Below are positions 1-6,194 of a DNA stretch of 40,000 bases, piece by piece. The first letter of the stretch is position 1, and each line of letters begins with the position of its first letter. The notes beneath the pieces are model-generated. The model ran no database searches. It had not been told where the DNA came from and saw nothing but the letters and a program-made list of their open reading frames with translations. The DNA comes from an uncultured phage cr85_1: the sequence record MT774390.1; one strand, given 5' to 3'. The translations under genes were made by a program, and so were the position numbers.

Positions 1-5
1 GGAGG

Positions 6-30
6 TGAGGTTGGTGTTACCACCCCTCAT
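6..30 (+). terminator. Possible hairpin/terminator at window edge
   Basis: TGAGG-tt-GGTG-ttac-CACC-c-CTCA inverted arms near the window start; weak T tract. Confidence 0.25.
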
Positions 31-91
31 AGAAATATCACAAAAAAAAATATTATAAAAAAAAAAATTATTCTAAATTATTGTTATATAT

Positions 92-123
92 TTGCATATA
101 TCAGATTTTTTACTTACCTTTGC
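92..123 (+). promoter_or_regulatory. Bacteroidetes-type promoter (P1)
   Basis: TTG (92-94), 20 nt spacer, TA-cc-TTTG-C (115-123); matches -33/-7 consensus TTTG / TAnnTTTG. Confidence 0.8.
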
Positions 124-127
124 AGTT

Positions 128-340
128 GTGTTGGAGTAGCAAGTACTTCAGGATAGAGAATCATCAACTCTTAAAAGCATAGATGACCCCTTGTAATCAG
201 GAGTTTACTTGGGCACAGCAGCTTAGGAAAGTAAAGGATACTAAGAAGGCTACAGGCAAGTGCCCCACTTGAAGAGGATTACAAATAAGTATTTAGCCGA
301 GCTTTAGGCCAAGTCTTCAAGGGTGGTGTAAAAGACTACA
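128..340 (+). ncRNA. Candidate structured RNA downstream of P1
   Basis: Nested complementary segments: TTGTAATC (191-198)/GATTACAA (277-284), GGGCAC (211-216)/GTGCCC (260-265), CTTAG (222-226)/CTAAG (241-245), GTCTT (313-317)/AAGAC (332-336). No plausible ORF. Confidence 0.4.
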
Positions 341-507
341 GAGATAACACAGAGTGAGAACTAATAATATATAAACGGGGTAAAAGACTGATTATAAGGA
401 TGCAAGCCATAATGCTGGCAGGGTCTCTTTATATTTTAAGAAAAGGTTTGATAATTCTAGATTCTGTTGGAATAAAGGGTAATAGGATAAAATTACAAAT
501 AATAAAA

Positions 508-1086
508 ATGGGAAATTTATTAATAGGAACACATAATAGTGCCACAGGTGAGAAGGGCAAAGGAATATTAAGTTGGTTAGTTACTCCCTTCTCTAAGACA
601 CAGTCAAAAACTATAGAAGAGCAATATAATGCAGGTTGCACAATGTTTGATATAAGATTTAAACAAGATAAGGATAAAGTTGTTATATGTAAGCATGGCC
701 TTTGGTCATCAAAGAGAACTTTAGAATCTATATTAAACCAAATAAATAATTATGGAAACTGTTTAGTATCCTTAACATATGAGGGCAAATCTAATACCTT
801 CCTACAGCACCAATCTCTCATAGGATACTATGAATATATAAAAAAGAAATACCCTAATATAACTTGGCAATATTTAGCAGTAAAATATGGTAAAAATTCC
901 CAAGGAATTAAATGTAGATATGATATGCTGAAAGTAGACTTGTCTATAAAGACAGTACAAGGTTTTCTACCTCTAGATGGCAGAAGTTGGCATACTTACC
1001 TACCAATACCTTGGTTATTTAAAAAAATATATAATGATACTCCAACATTTAATAATGAATATTATACTTACGTAGATTTTTTATGA
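508..1086 (+). CDS. PI-PLC-like / phosphodiesterase-like protein
   Basis: LIGTHNSATGEKGKG...QSKTIEEQYNAGCTMFDIRF resembles PLC-like TIM-barrel N-terminal motifs (GTHNS, DIR). ORF track starts at 400; ATG at 508 fits the domain start better. Confidence 0.55.
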   Translation: MGNLLIGTHNSATGEKGKGILSWLVTPFSKTQSKTIEEQYNAGCTMFDIRFKQDKDKVVICKHGLWSSKRTLESILNQINNYGNCLVSLTYEGKSNTFLQHQSLIGYYEYIKKKYPNITWQYLAVKYGKNSQGIKCRYDMLKVDLSIKTVQGFLPLDGRSWHTYLPIPWLFKKIYNDTPTFNNEYYTYVDFL

Positions 1087-1484
1087 GAATAACTAAAGAA
1101 TTATTAAAGGAGAAACTGTTAAGATGGGTGTGGAAATTTCCACAAAGTTTTGTTGCATTATGCTTAGAGGGTGTAATATGTTCATATTCTATACAGAAAG
1201 GCATAGATAGCAGAATTTTTATTATCAATACATTATTACCCTCCTCTATATCTTTAGGAGATTTTATATTTATACGCCCACATTCTTCTGAGAAATCCAT
1301 TAAACATGAGTTAGGACATAGTAAACAGTCTGATATACTAGGCCCCTTATACCTAATAATAATAGGCATTCCATCATTACTAAATAATATATCTCTTCAC
1401 TTATGTAGAAAAGTTGGAATTAAATGGGATTATTATAAATTCTACACAGAAAGGTGGGCTAATAGGTTAGCAGGAATTACTTAG
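1083..1484 (+). CDS. Small putative metallopeptidase-like membrane protein
   Basis: KHELGHSKQSDILGPLYLIIIGIPSL: H-E-x-x-H-like motif plus hydrophobic segment; start overlaps upstream stop (ATGA). Confidence 0.4.
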   Translation: MRITKELLKEKLLRWVWKFPQSFVALCLEGVICSYSIQKGIDSRIFIINTLLPSSISLGDFIFIRPHSSEKSIKHELGHSKQSDILGPLYLIIIGIPSLLNNISLHLCRKVGIKWDYYKFYTERWANRLAGIT

Positions 1485-1572
1485 AAGTATATAAATAAAG
1501 AATAATTTAACCCTCTTTACTCCTTCAAGACAAGAAAATGATACTTTGGGTTTAAAATAATTGGGAAAAAGT

Positions 1573-1604
1573 TTGGTTATTTGAAAAATAATACTTACCT
1601 TTGC
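1573..1604 (+). promoter_or_regulatory. Bacteroidetes-type promoter (P2)
   Basis: TTG (1573-1575), 20 nt, TA-cc-TTTG-C (1596-1604). Confidence 0.8.
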
Positions 1605-1644
1605 AGTGTCAAAGAGAAGAAGATAAGAAATGTGTTTTAGGATT

Positions 1645-1720
1645 AAAGAAGTACTACCTTTTTTTTTCTTGATAATCTGTTCATACTTGCGTATTTCTAA
1701 CATAAAGGTAGTACTTCTTT
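1645..1720 (+). terminator. 17-bp perfect inverted repeat, terminator/attenuator
   Basis: AAAGAAGTACTACCTTT (1645-1661) / AAAGGTAGTACTTCTTT (1704-1720), 42-nt loop, followed by T-rich sequence; lies between P2 and the first tRNA. Confidence 0.65.
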
Positions 1721-1730
1721 TTCTTTATTT

Positions 1731-1801
1731 TGTCTTGTGGTGTAAAGGTAACACATGGGTCTTTGGTCCCCACATTGTAGGTTCGAGTCCTGCCAAGACA
1801 A
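1731..1801 (+). tRNA. tRNA-Gln(TTG)
   Basis: Acceptor TGTCTTG/CAAGACA, anticodon loop CTTTGGT, T arm GTAGG-TTCGAGT-CCTGC. Confidence 0.85.
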
Positions 1802-1808
1802 CAAGAAG

Positions 1809-1882
1809 ATGCCCTCTTAGTACAAAGGACAGTACATAAGTCTTCTAAACTTAGAATATAGGTTCGATTCCTATAGGGGGTA
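1809..1882 (+). tRNA. tRNA-Arg(TCT)
   Basis: Anticodon arm TAAGT-CTTCTAA-ACTTA, T arm ATAGG-TTCGATT-CCTAT; acceptor partly mismatched. Confidence 0.75.
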
Positions 1883-1890
1883 CTTGTTAT

Positions 1891-1962
1891 GGGGATGTAG
1901 ACTATGGGTTAGGTCATAGCCCTTTCAAGGCTAAGGATAAGGTTCAAGTCCTTACTTCCCTA
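1891..1962 (+). tRNA. tRNA-Glu(TTC)
   Basis: Anticodon arm TAGCC-CTTTCAA-GGCTA, T arm TAAGG-TTCAAGT-CCTTA. Confidence 0.85.
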
Positions 1963-1967
1963 CTAAT

Positions 1968-2040
1968 AGATTATGTGGTGTAGTGGTCTGCATATCACAC
2001 TGTCAATGTGAAGGCTAGGGTTCAATTCCCTCATAATCTG
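1968..2040 (+). tRNA. tRNA-Asp(GTC)
   Basis: Acceptor AGATTAT/ATAATCT, anticodon arm TCACA-CTGTCAA-TGTGA, G discriminator. Confidence 0.9.
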
Positions 2041-2086
2041 CCCCGTTTATAAGAAAGTCCTATATCACAGCGGTGATTAGGCAAAT

Positions 2087-2171
2087 GGAAAGGTAACTGA
2101 ATGGGATTCAGCCTAGTCTTGAAAACTAAGGGAACAGTAAAATGTTTGGGGGTCGGGACCTCATCTTTCCG
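2087..2171 (+). tRNA. tRNA-Ser(TGA), long variable arm
   Basis: Acceptor GGAAAGG/TCTTTCC, anticodon loop CTTGAAA, T loop GTCGGGA (non-canonical 54). Confidence 0.8.
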
Positions 2172-2209
2172 CTAAATAGATGTGTTCATTGACTTATTGG
2201 TAAGGAATT

Positions 2210-2295
2210 GGAGAGTAAACCTAAAAGGTTTTAGGGACTGTCTGCTAAACAGATTGTACTAGCAATGGTATGTGTTTCGAGTACACTGCTCTCCG
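2210..2295 (+). tRNA. tRNA-Ser(GCT), long variable arm
   Basis: Acceptor GGAGAGT/GCTCTCC, anticodon loop CTGCTAA, T arm GTGT-TTCGAGT-ACAC. Confidence 0.85.
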
Positions 2296-2315
2296 CTAAA
2301 TAATAAAAAAAAAAT

Positions 2316-2390
2316 AGGGAATTAGTCCAGTTAGGTTAGGATGCAGCATTTGGGATGCTGAGGTCAAGAGTTCGAGTCTCTTATTCCCTA
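2316..2390 (+). tRNA. tRNA-Pro(TGG)
   Basis: Acceptor AGGGAAT/ATTCCCT, anticodon arm CAGCA-TTTGGGA-TGCTG. Confidence 0.9.
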
Positions 2391-2402
2391 CTAATCATTA
2401 AT

Positions 2403-2475
2403 GGGGAGGTAGCATAAATGGATAATGCGCTAGATTTGCACTCTGGAAGATTGGGTTCGAGTCCCACCTGCTCCA
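2403..2475 (+). tRNA. tRNA-Ala(TGC)
   Basis: Anticodon loop TTTGCAC, T loop TTCGAGT, acceptor GGGGAGG/CTGCTCC with one mismatch. Confidence 0.8.
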
Positions 2476-2559
2476 CATTGTTTTCTTGTTTTTCATAATA
2501 CCAAGCTTTGCTTGAACCCTCTTTTGGGTAGTTAGAGGTTAAAGAAACTGCCCTATCAA

Positions 2560-2633
2560 TGCTCCTTAGTTCAGTGGTTCAGAATAGTTCCCTTACAAGG
2601 AAAAGGTCATAGGTTCGAGTCCTATAGGAGCAA
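2560..2633 (+). tRNA. tRNA-Val(TAC)
   Basis: Acceptor TGCTCCT/AGGAGCA, anticodon arm GTTCC-CTTACAA-GGAAA. Confidence 0.85.
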
Positions 2634-2638
2634 CTAAT

Positions 2639-2710
2639 GGGGATATAGCTGGAAGGTCTATGCACTTGGCTGTTAACCAAGAGATAAAAGTTCGATTCTT
2701 TTTATCCCCG
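2639..2710 (+). tRNA. tRNA-Asn(GTT)
   Basis: Acceptor GGGGATA/TATCCCC, anticodon arm CTTGG-CTGTTAA-CCAAG. Confidence 0.95.
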
Positions 2711-2718
2711 CAAATTCT

Positions 2719-2790
2719 AGGTTCTTAGTTTAATTGGCAAAACACTTCTCTCCAAAAGAAGAGTTATGGGTTCGATTCCTTTAGAATCTG
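2719..2790 (+). tRNA. tRNA-Trp(CCA)
   Basis: Acceptor AGGTTCT/AGAATCT, anticodon arm CTTCT-CTCCAAA-AGAAG. Confidence 0.9.
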
Positions 2791-2796
2791 CATTAT

Positions 2797-2868
2797 TGGC
2801 ACATCTTCTAATGGTCAGGAAGCTACTCTGATAAGGTAGTAATCAAGGTTCAATTCCTTGTGTGCCAA
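2797..2868 (+). tRNA. tRNA-Ile(GAT)
   Basis: Acceptor TGGCACA/TGTGCCA, anticodon loop CTGATAA. Confidence 0.9.
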
Positions 2869-2874
2869 CTATAT

Positions 2875-2946
2875 TCTGATGTACTTCAATGGTAGAAGGC
2901 TGCTCTCATAAGGCAGTAGCTAGTGGTTCGAGTCCACTCATCAGAA
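2875..2946 (+). tRNA. tRNA-CAT (elongator Met or lysidine-type Ile)
   Basis: Acceptor TCTGATG/CATCAGA, anticodon loop CTCATAA. Confidence 0.85.
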
Positions 2947-2966
2947 CTAGGTTAATGCCTTAATAT

Positions 2967-3040
2967 ACTCACTTAGCTCAGTAGGTTAGAGCAGGAATCT
3001 TATACATTCAAGGTCAATGGTTCAAATCCATTAGTGAGTA
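2967..3040 (+). tRNA. tRNA-Ile(TAT)
   Basis: Acceptor ACTCACT/AGTGAGT, anticodon loop CTTATAC, T arm AATGG-TTCAAAT-CCATT. Confidence 0.8.
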
Positions 3041-3045
3041 CTAAT

Positions 3046-3119
3046 GTTCCTATAGCTGAATTGGTTAAAGCAACAGTCTCTTAAACTGTGGACTCTGGGT
3101 TCAAGTCCCAGTGGGAACA
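3046..3119 (+). tRNA. tRNA-Lys(CTT)
   Basis: Anticodon arm ACAGT-CTCTTAA-ACTGT, T arm CTGGG-TTCAAGT-CCCAG. Confidence 0.9.
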
Positions 3120-3124
3120 CTCAT

Positions 3125-3196
3125 TTCCCTAAAGCATTGGTGGTGATGCTAGAGACCTTTAATCTCTGGAACTAGGTTCGACTCCTAGTGGGGAAA
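3125..3196 (+). tRNA. tRNA-Lys(TTT)-like with C33
   Basis: Cloverleaf intact; anticodon arm AGAGA-CCTTTAA-TCTCT puts C at position 33. Confidence 0.7.
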
Positions 3197-3226
3197 CATA
3201 ATTGTTTAACTCCAAATTTTACAGTT

Positions 3227-3334
3227 ATGAGAAGAGTTCTTTCTTTTATTAAGAAAGCTGGTAATGTTTATGTAAGAATCATTGCTAAGAGTCAGATGAT
3301 GACTCCTACAGGGTCTATTCCAATACCGGAATAA
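3227..3334 (+). CDS. Small ORF (35 aa) between tRNAs, MRRVLSFIKKAGNVYVRIIAKSQMMTPTGSIPIPE
   Basis: Open frame ATG-TAA in an otherwise tRNA-only stretch; no homology known. Confidence 0.3.
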   Translation: MRRVLSFIKKAGNVYVRIIAKSQMMTPTGSIPIPE

Positions 3335-3360
3335 CCCTTCATTTGGAGGTAAACTAATTA

Positions 3361-3443
3361 GGGGTAGCTTTAATGTGATGAATTAAAGAGGACTGTAAAT
3401 CCTCTGCCATGTGCTATTTAAGGTTTGATTCCTTTCTGCCCCA
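3361..3443 (+). tRNA. tRNA-Tyr(GTA), long variable arm
   Basis: Acceptor GGGGTAG/CTGCCCC, anticodon arm GAGGA-CTGTAAA-TCCTC; T loop TTTGATT. Confidence 0.85.
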
Positions 3444-3510
3444 CTTCAATAGAAATCAAAGTCCTTGACTTATGGAAGGTGATGCAGGTAGAGATGCAAA
3501 TAAGTCATTT

Positions 3511-3585
3511 GGGTACTGGGCAAGTCTGGTGACATTGCGTGAGACTGAAAATCTCAAGAATAAAGTTCGATTCTTTGAGTACCCA
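3511..3585 (+). tRNA. tRNA-Phe(GAA)
   Basis: Acceptor GGGTACT/AGTACCC, anticodon arm TGAGA-CTGAAAA-TCTCA. Confidence 0.9.
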
Positions 3586-3591
3586 CCTAAT

Positions 3592-3678
3592 ACTCCTGTG
3601 ATGGAATTGGAATACATACTGACTTTAAAAGGTTAGGGCCTGAAATAAGGATTAGAAGTTCGACTCTTCTCAGGAGTA
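3592..3678 (+). tRNA. tRNA-Leu(TAA)-like, apparent 8-nt anticodon loop
   Basis: Acceptor ACTCCTG/CAGGAGT, stem CTGAC/GTTAG enclosing TTTAAAAG, T arm AGAAG-TTCGACT-CTTCT. Confidence 0.7.
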
Positions 3679-3681
3679 TAT

Positions 3682-3763
3682 GCCCAAGTATGCGAATTGG
3701 TATAGCAGCAGCACTTAGGATGCTGTGGGTAAGACATTGTGGGTTCGACTCCCACCTTGGGTA
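3682..3763 (+). tRNA. tRNA-Leu(TAG)
   Basis: Anticodon arm CAGCA-CTTAGGA-TGCTG, long variable arm, T arm GTGGG-TTCGACT-CCCAC. Confidence 0.9.
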
Positions 3764-3796
3764 CTAAAAATAATTTGAAAATAATTAAGTAAATGC

Positions 3797-3828
3797 TTGG
3801 TTATATCATAAGTTTTACTTAACTTTGC
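3797..3828 (+). promoter_or_regulatory. Bacteroidetes-type promoter (P3)
   Basis: TTG (3797-3799), 20 nt, TA-ac-TTTG-C (3820-3828); 20 nt upstream of ATG 3848. Confidence 0.8.
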
Positions 3829-3847
3829 ATTATTAAAATAAGAGAAT

Positions 3848-4294
3848 ATGTTTGAGGAAGAGAGTTTATTTACTCCAATAGAATCAGATAGGGATATGTT
3901 ATCCGGTTCTTCACAACTATTCATAGATTTCTTGAATCAGATTGAAGGTTGGAAGACTAAATGTAAGAATCTACATTGGGCAGCTCCTAAAAAGAATATA
4001 CATGTATATCTTGATGAGTTCCTTGAAATCCTATCAGACTACCAAGATAGTCTTGCAGAAGGTTACATGGGTATCCTAGGTAAGATGCAGCCTAATGCTA
4101 TCAAAGGCACTTCAAGTGATGCATTGAATGCTTACACATTTATAGCAGAGGTTAAATCTGCCACCTTAGCATTTTATGCTAAGATACCACAGGATGTTAT
4201 CTATAAGGGTATTACTTCAGAATGTGAGACTTTCATTCAGAACATCAACAAGTATGATTACTTGTTCCACTTATGTGATATAAGACCATATTAA
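3848..4294 (+). CDS. Dps/ferritin-like helical protein (DUF5856-like)
   Basis: LNQIEGWKTKCKNLHWAAPKKNIHVYLDEFLEILSDYQDSLAEG resembles Dps-type dinuclear-site helices. Confidence 0.5.
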   Translation: MFEEESLFTPIESDRDMLSGSSQLFIDFLNQIEGWKTKCKNLHWAAPKKNIHVYLDEFLEILSDYQDSLAEGYMGILGKMQPNAIKGTSSDALNAYTFIAEVKSATLAFYAKIPQDVIYKGITSECETFIQNINKYDYLFHLCDIRPY

Positions 4295-4300
4295 GACACC

Positions 4301-4373
4301 GTCCCCTTAGTGTTAATGGTTAGCAAGCTTGTCTTGTAAACAAGAAGAGAAGGTTCAAATCCTTTAGGGGACT
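4301..4373 (+). tRNA. tRNA-Thr(TGT)
   Basis: Acceptor GTCCCCT/AGGGGAC, anticodon arm CTTGT-CTTGTAA-ACAAG. Confidence 0.9.
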
Positions 4374-4384
4374 CACAAGTTACT

Positions 4385-4575
4385 AAAAGCTGTCTTACCT
4401 ACAGTGAGAGAGTAACACCTAATGCTACTAGGTAAATCTAGCAGGAGCTGACCTGCGCCAACTTAAATTAAAAAGCTGAAACTAAAATTAGAGTTCAGTA
4501 GATGTAGGTGATTAGGGGTGCAAGTTAAGGTGATACTTGCAATGCCTAAGTACCAGTTACCCAAATCTTAGGCTC
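4385..4575 (+). ncRNA. Candidate structured RNA inside tRNA array
   Basis: Consecutive stems TTACCTA/TAGGTAA (4395-4401/4429-4435), GCAGG/CCTGC (4441-4445/4452-4456), CTGAA/TTCAG (4476-4480/4494-4498), TGCAAGT/ACTTGCA (4519-4525/4535-4541), CCTAAG/CTTAGG (4545-4550/4567-4572). Confidence 0.45.
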
Positions 4576-4577
4576 TT

Positions 4578-4649
4578 GTAGATATGGTGTTAGCGGTAGC
4601 ATATGACATTGCCAATGTCAAGGGGTCAGTTCAAGTCTGATTATCTACT
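4578..4649 (+). tRNA. tRNA-Gly(GCC)
   Basis: Acceptor GTAGATA/TATCTAC, anticodon arm TGACA-TTGCCAA-TGTCA. Confidence 0.9.
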
Positions 4650-4653
4650 CAAT

Positions 4654-4724
4654 GTGGGATTAGTGTAATGGTAACATGTAACCCTTCCAAGGTTAATTTG
4701 ACAGTTCGAGTCTGTTATCCCACT
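4654..4724 (+). tRNA. tRNA-Gly(TCC)
   Basis: Acceptor GTGGGAT/ATCCCAC, anticodon arm TAACC-CTTCCAA-GGTTA. Confidence 0.9.
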
Positions 4725-4731
4725 CTAACAT

Positions 4732-4801
4732 CGCGGAGAGAATTGGTATTCAATCCAGTCTCATAAGCTGGACTCCAAGTGTTCGATTCACTTCTCCGCA
4801 A
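4732..4801 (+). tRNA. tRNA-CAT, initiator-like (C1xA72)
   Basis: 5' CGCGGAG opposite 3' CTCCGCA leaves a C1:A72 mismatch as in initiator tRNA; anticodon loop CTCATAA; short D arm. Confidence 0.75.
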
Positions 4802-4816
4802 CTAGTTTAAATTGAT

Positions 4817-5017
4817 ATGGAAAAGAGTAGAATGGCAAGGACTAAGATAGAGAAGGGTCAAGAAGTGCATCAGACTATGCATGCTTTGACTGCTGATAAT
4901 CTTAGGGGAATTGTGAAGGAAGCCAATTCCTTAGGGATTAAAAGAGAAGATATAGTCTCTCTCTTAGAGGAAAGAGGTCAGTATGTATTAATATACTATT
5001 ATGGAGGAGAAGCTTAA
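4817..5017 (+). CDS. Small conserved-type hypothetical protein
   Basis: 66-aa ORF overlapping the next ORF start; compact gene spacing. Confidence 0.6.
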   Translation: MEKSRMARTKIEKGQEVHQTMHALTADNLRGIVKEANSLGIKREDIVSLLEERGQYVLIYYYGGEA

Positions 5018-5327
5018 TTTAGTAGAGAGAGCATTGATGAGTGAGGAGGAGTTCAAGAAGTATCTGGGAAACAAGGCAGATATAGTAGAGGACCCACTTA
5101 CAGAGACTCTTAATTTAAGAGATTATAGAGCTGTTGGTAAGTTTAAATCAATTAGGAGAGCCATAAGAAAAGGGTTAGTATCTCCTTCAGGCACTATATG
5201 TCCTAAGAGACCTTTCAATAACAGAGCTAATACTAGCAGAAGGAAAGGGCACCACAGCAGAGTAATGAATGAAGTAAAGAAGTCAATATATGGACAACTC
5301 AAACACAGAAGGGCAGAATACCTATAA
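5001..5327 (+). CDS. Hypothetical protein, basic C-terminal half
   Basis: 108-aa ORF, RPFNNRANTSRRKGHHSR basic tract. Confidence 0.65.
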   Translation: MEEKLNLVERALMSEEEFKKYLGNKADIVEDPLTETLNLRDYRAVGKFKSIRRAIRKGLVSPSGTICPKRPFNNRANTSRRKGHHSRVMNEVKKSIYGQLKHRRAEYL

Positions 5328-5508
5328 TGAGGAGCCTGTTCTATATTGCAAGCATTGTTTATCCTTGAAGGTGAGATTTGTACCTAGGATGAAGGATTCG
5401 GATTATTGTGATGAGTGTGGCTCTACTGATATTGGGGAGTGCTCAATAGAAGAGTGGGAGACTAATTATAGGAACAGGTACGGACATAAATATTTGGAAA
5501 ACTATTAA
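5290..5508 (+). CDS. Zinc-ribbon protein
   Basis: YCKHC...YCDEC paired CxxC motifs. Confidence 0.65.
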   Translation: MDNSNTEGQNTYNEEPVLYCKHCLSLKVRFVPRMKDSDYCDECGSTDIGECSIEEWETNYRNRYGHKYLENY

Positions 5509-5520
5509 ATATAAAATGAT

Positions 5521-5805
5521 ATGGGAGAAAAGGAAGAACTTAGGCAGGAACAGCCATCTAAGATGAGTTATGAACAGTTGGAGAATGTGGCTCATCAATT
5601 GAGTGAACAAGTTAAGCAGTTGTACATGAGCCTTCAGAAATCTAATCTGGAGAATACATTCCAAAGACTTAACTATTTATTTAAGGTGGTAGAAAATGGT
5701 CACGCATTTAAGCCGGATTTCTTGAATAAGTGTACAGAGGAAATTGAAAATATAATGGCGATTCCTGAGGAGGACACCAAGGAAGAAGGTAAGGAAGAAA
5801 AGTAA
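5521..5805 (+). CDS. Hypothetical coiled-coil protein
   Basis: 94-aa ORF, YEQLENVAHQLSEQVKQLYM. Confidence 0.6.
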   Translation: MGEKEELRQEQPSKMSYEQLENVAHQLSEQVKQLYMSLQKSNLENTFQRLNYLFKVVENGHAFKPDFLNKCTEEIENIMAIPEEDTKEEGKEEK

Positions 5806-5813
5806 ATATCATC

Positions 5814-6194
5814 ATGGAGAAGCCTAATAATATAGCAAGAGTACCATGCTCTCTAGACAAAAGCTTCTTCAGGTATTGGCTCATGTTCCTAGAACCTTTT
5901 CATAAGTTAACCAAAAGAGAGATAGATGTTGCTGCATCTTTTGTGAAGCAAAGATATGAACTCAGTAAAGTTATCAAGGACAGTGAAATACTTGATAGGG
6001 TTACAATGAGTGAGGATACAAAGAAGAAGGTGAGGGAAGAGTGTAATATTACTCTTCCACACTTTCAAGTAATTTTGGGTAAATTAAGGAAGAACAAAGT
6101 CATAGTAGATGGCAAGATAAATCCCAAATTCATCCCTAATATCAATGCAGATAATGATGCCTTCCAGTTGTTATTACTCTTTGAGTTAAAATGA
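5814..6194 (+). CDS. Hypothetical crAss-like conserved protein, possible DNA-binding
   Basis: 126-aa ORF in the conserved small-gene block upstream of TerL; KLTKREIDVAASFVKQRYELS resembles a helical DNA-binding region. Confidence 0.55.
   Translation: MEKPNNIARVPCSLDKSFFRYWLMFLEPFHKLTKREIDVAASFVKQRYELSKVIKDSEILDRVTMSEDTKKKVREECNITLPHFQVILGKLRKNKVIVDGKINPKFIPNINADNDAFQLLLLFELK

Noticed and set aside
1630-1839. Plus-strand ORF MCFRIKEVLPFFF...
   Set aside because: Runs through the 17-bp inverted repeat and into tRNA-Gln and tRNA-Arg; hydrophobicity derives from the T-rich hairpin.
2476-2559. Possible extra tRNA between tRNA-Ala and tRNA-Val
   Set aside because: No T-loop consensus and no 7-bp acceptor pairing found.
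3444-3510. Possible degenerate tRNA between tRNA-Tyr and tRNA-Phe
   Set aside because: TGACTTA/TAAGTCA pairing exists but no anticodon arm or T loop; insufficient support.
3715-3924. Minus-strand ORF over tRNA-Leu and P3
   Set aside because: Overlaps tRNA-Leu(TAG), a promoter and the start of the Dps-like gene.
4385-4575. Group I intron or tmRNA
   Set aside because: No recognisable P/Q/R/S core elements, no T-arm plus tag-peptide pattern; only generic stem-rich character retained as a finding.
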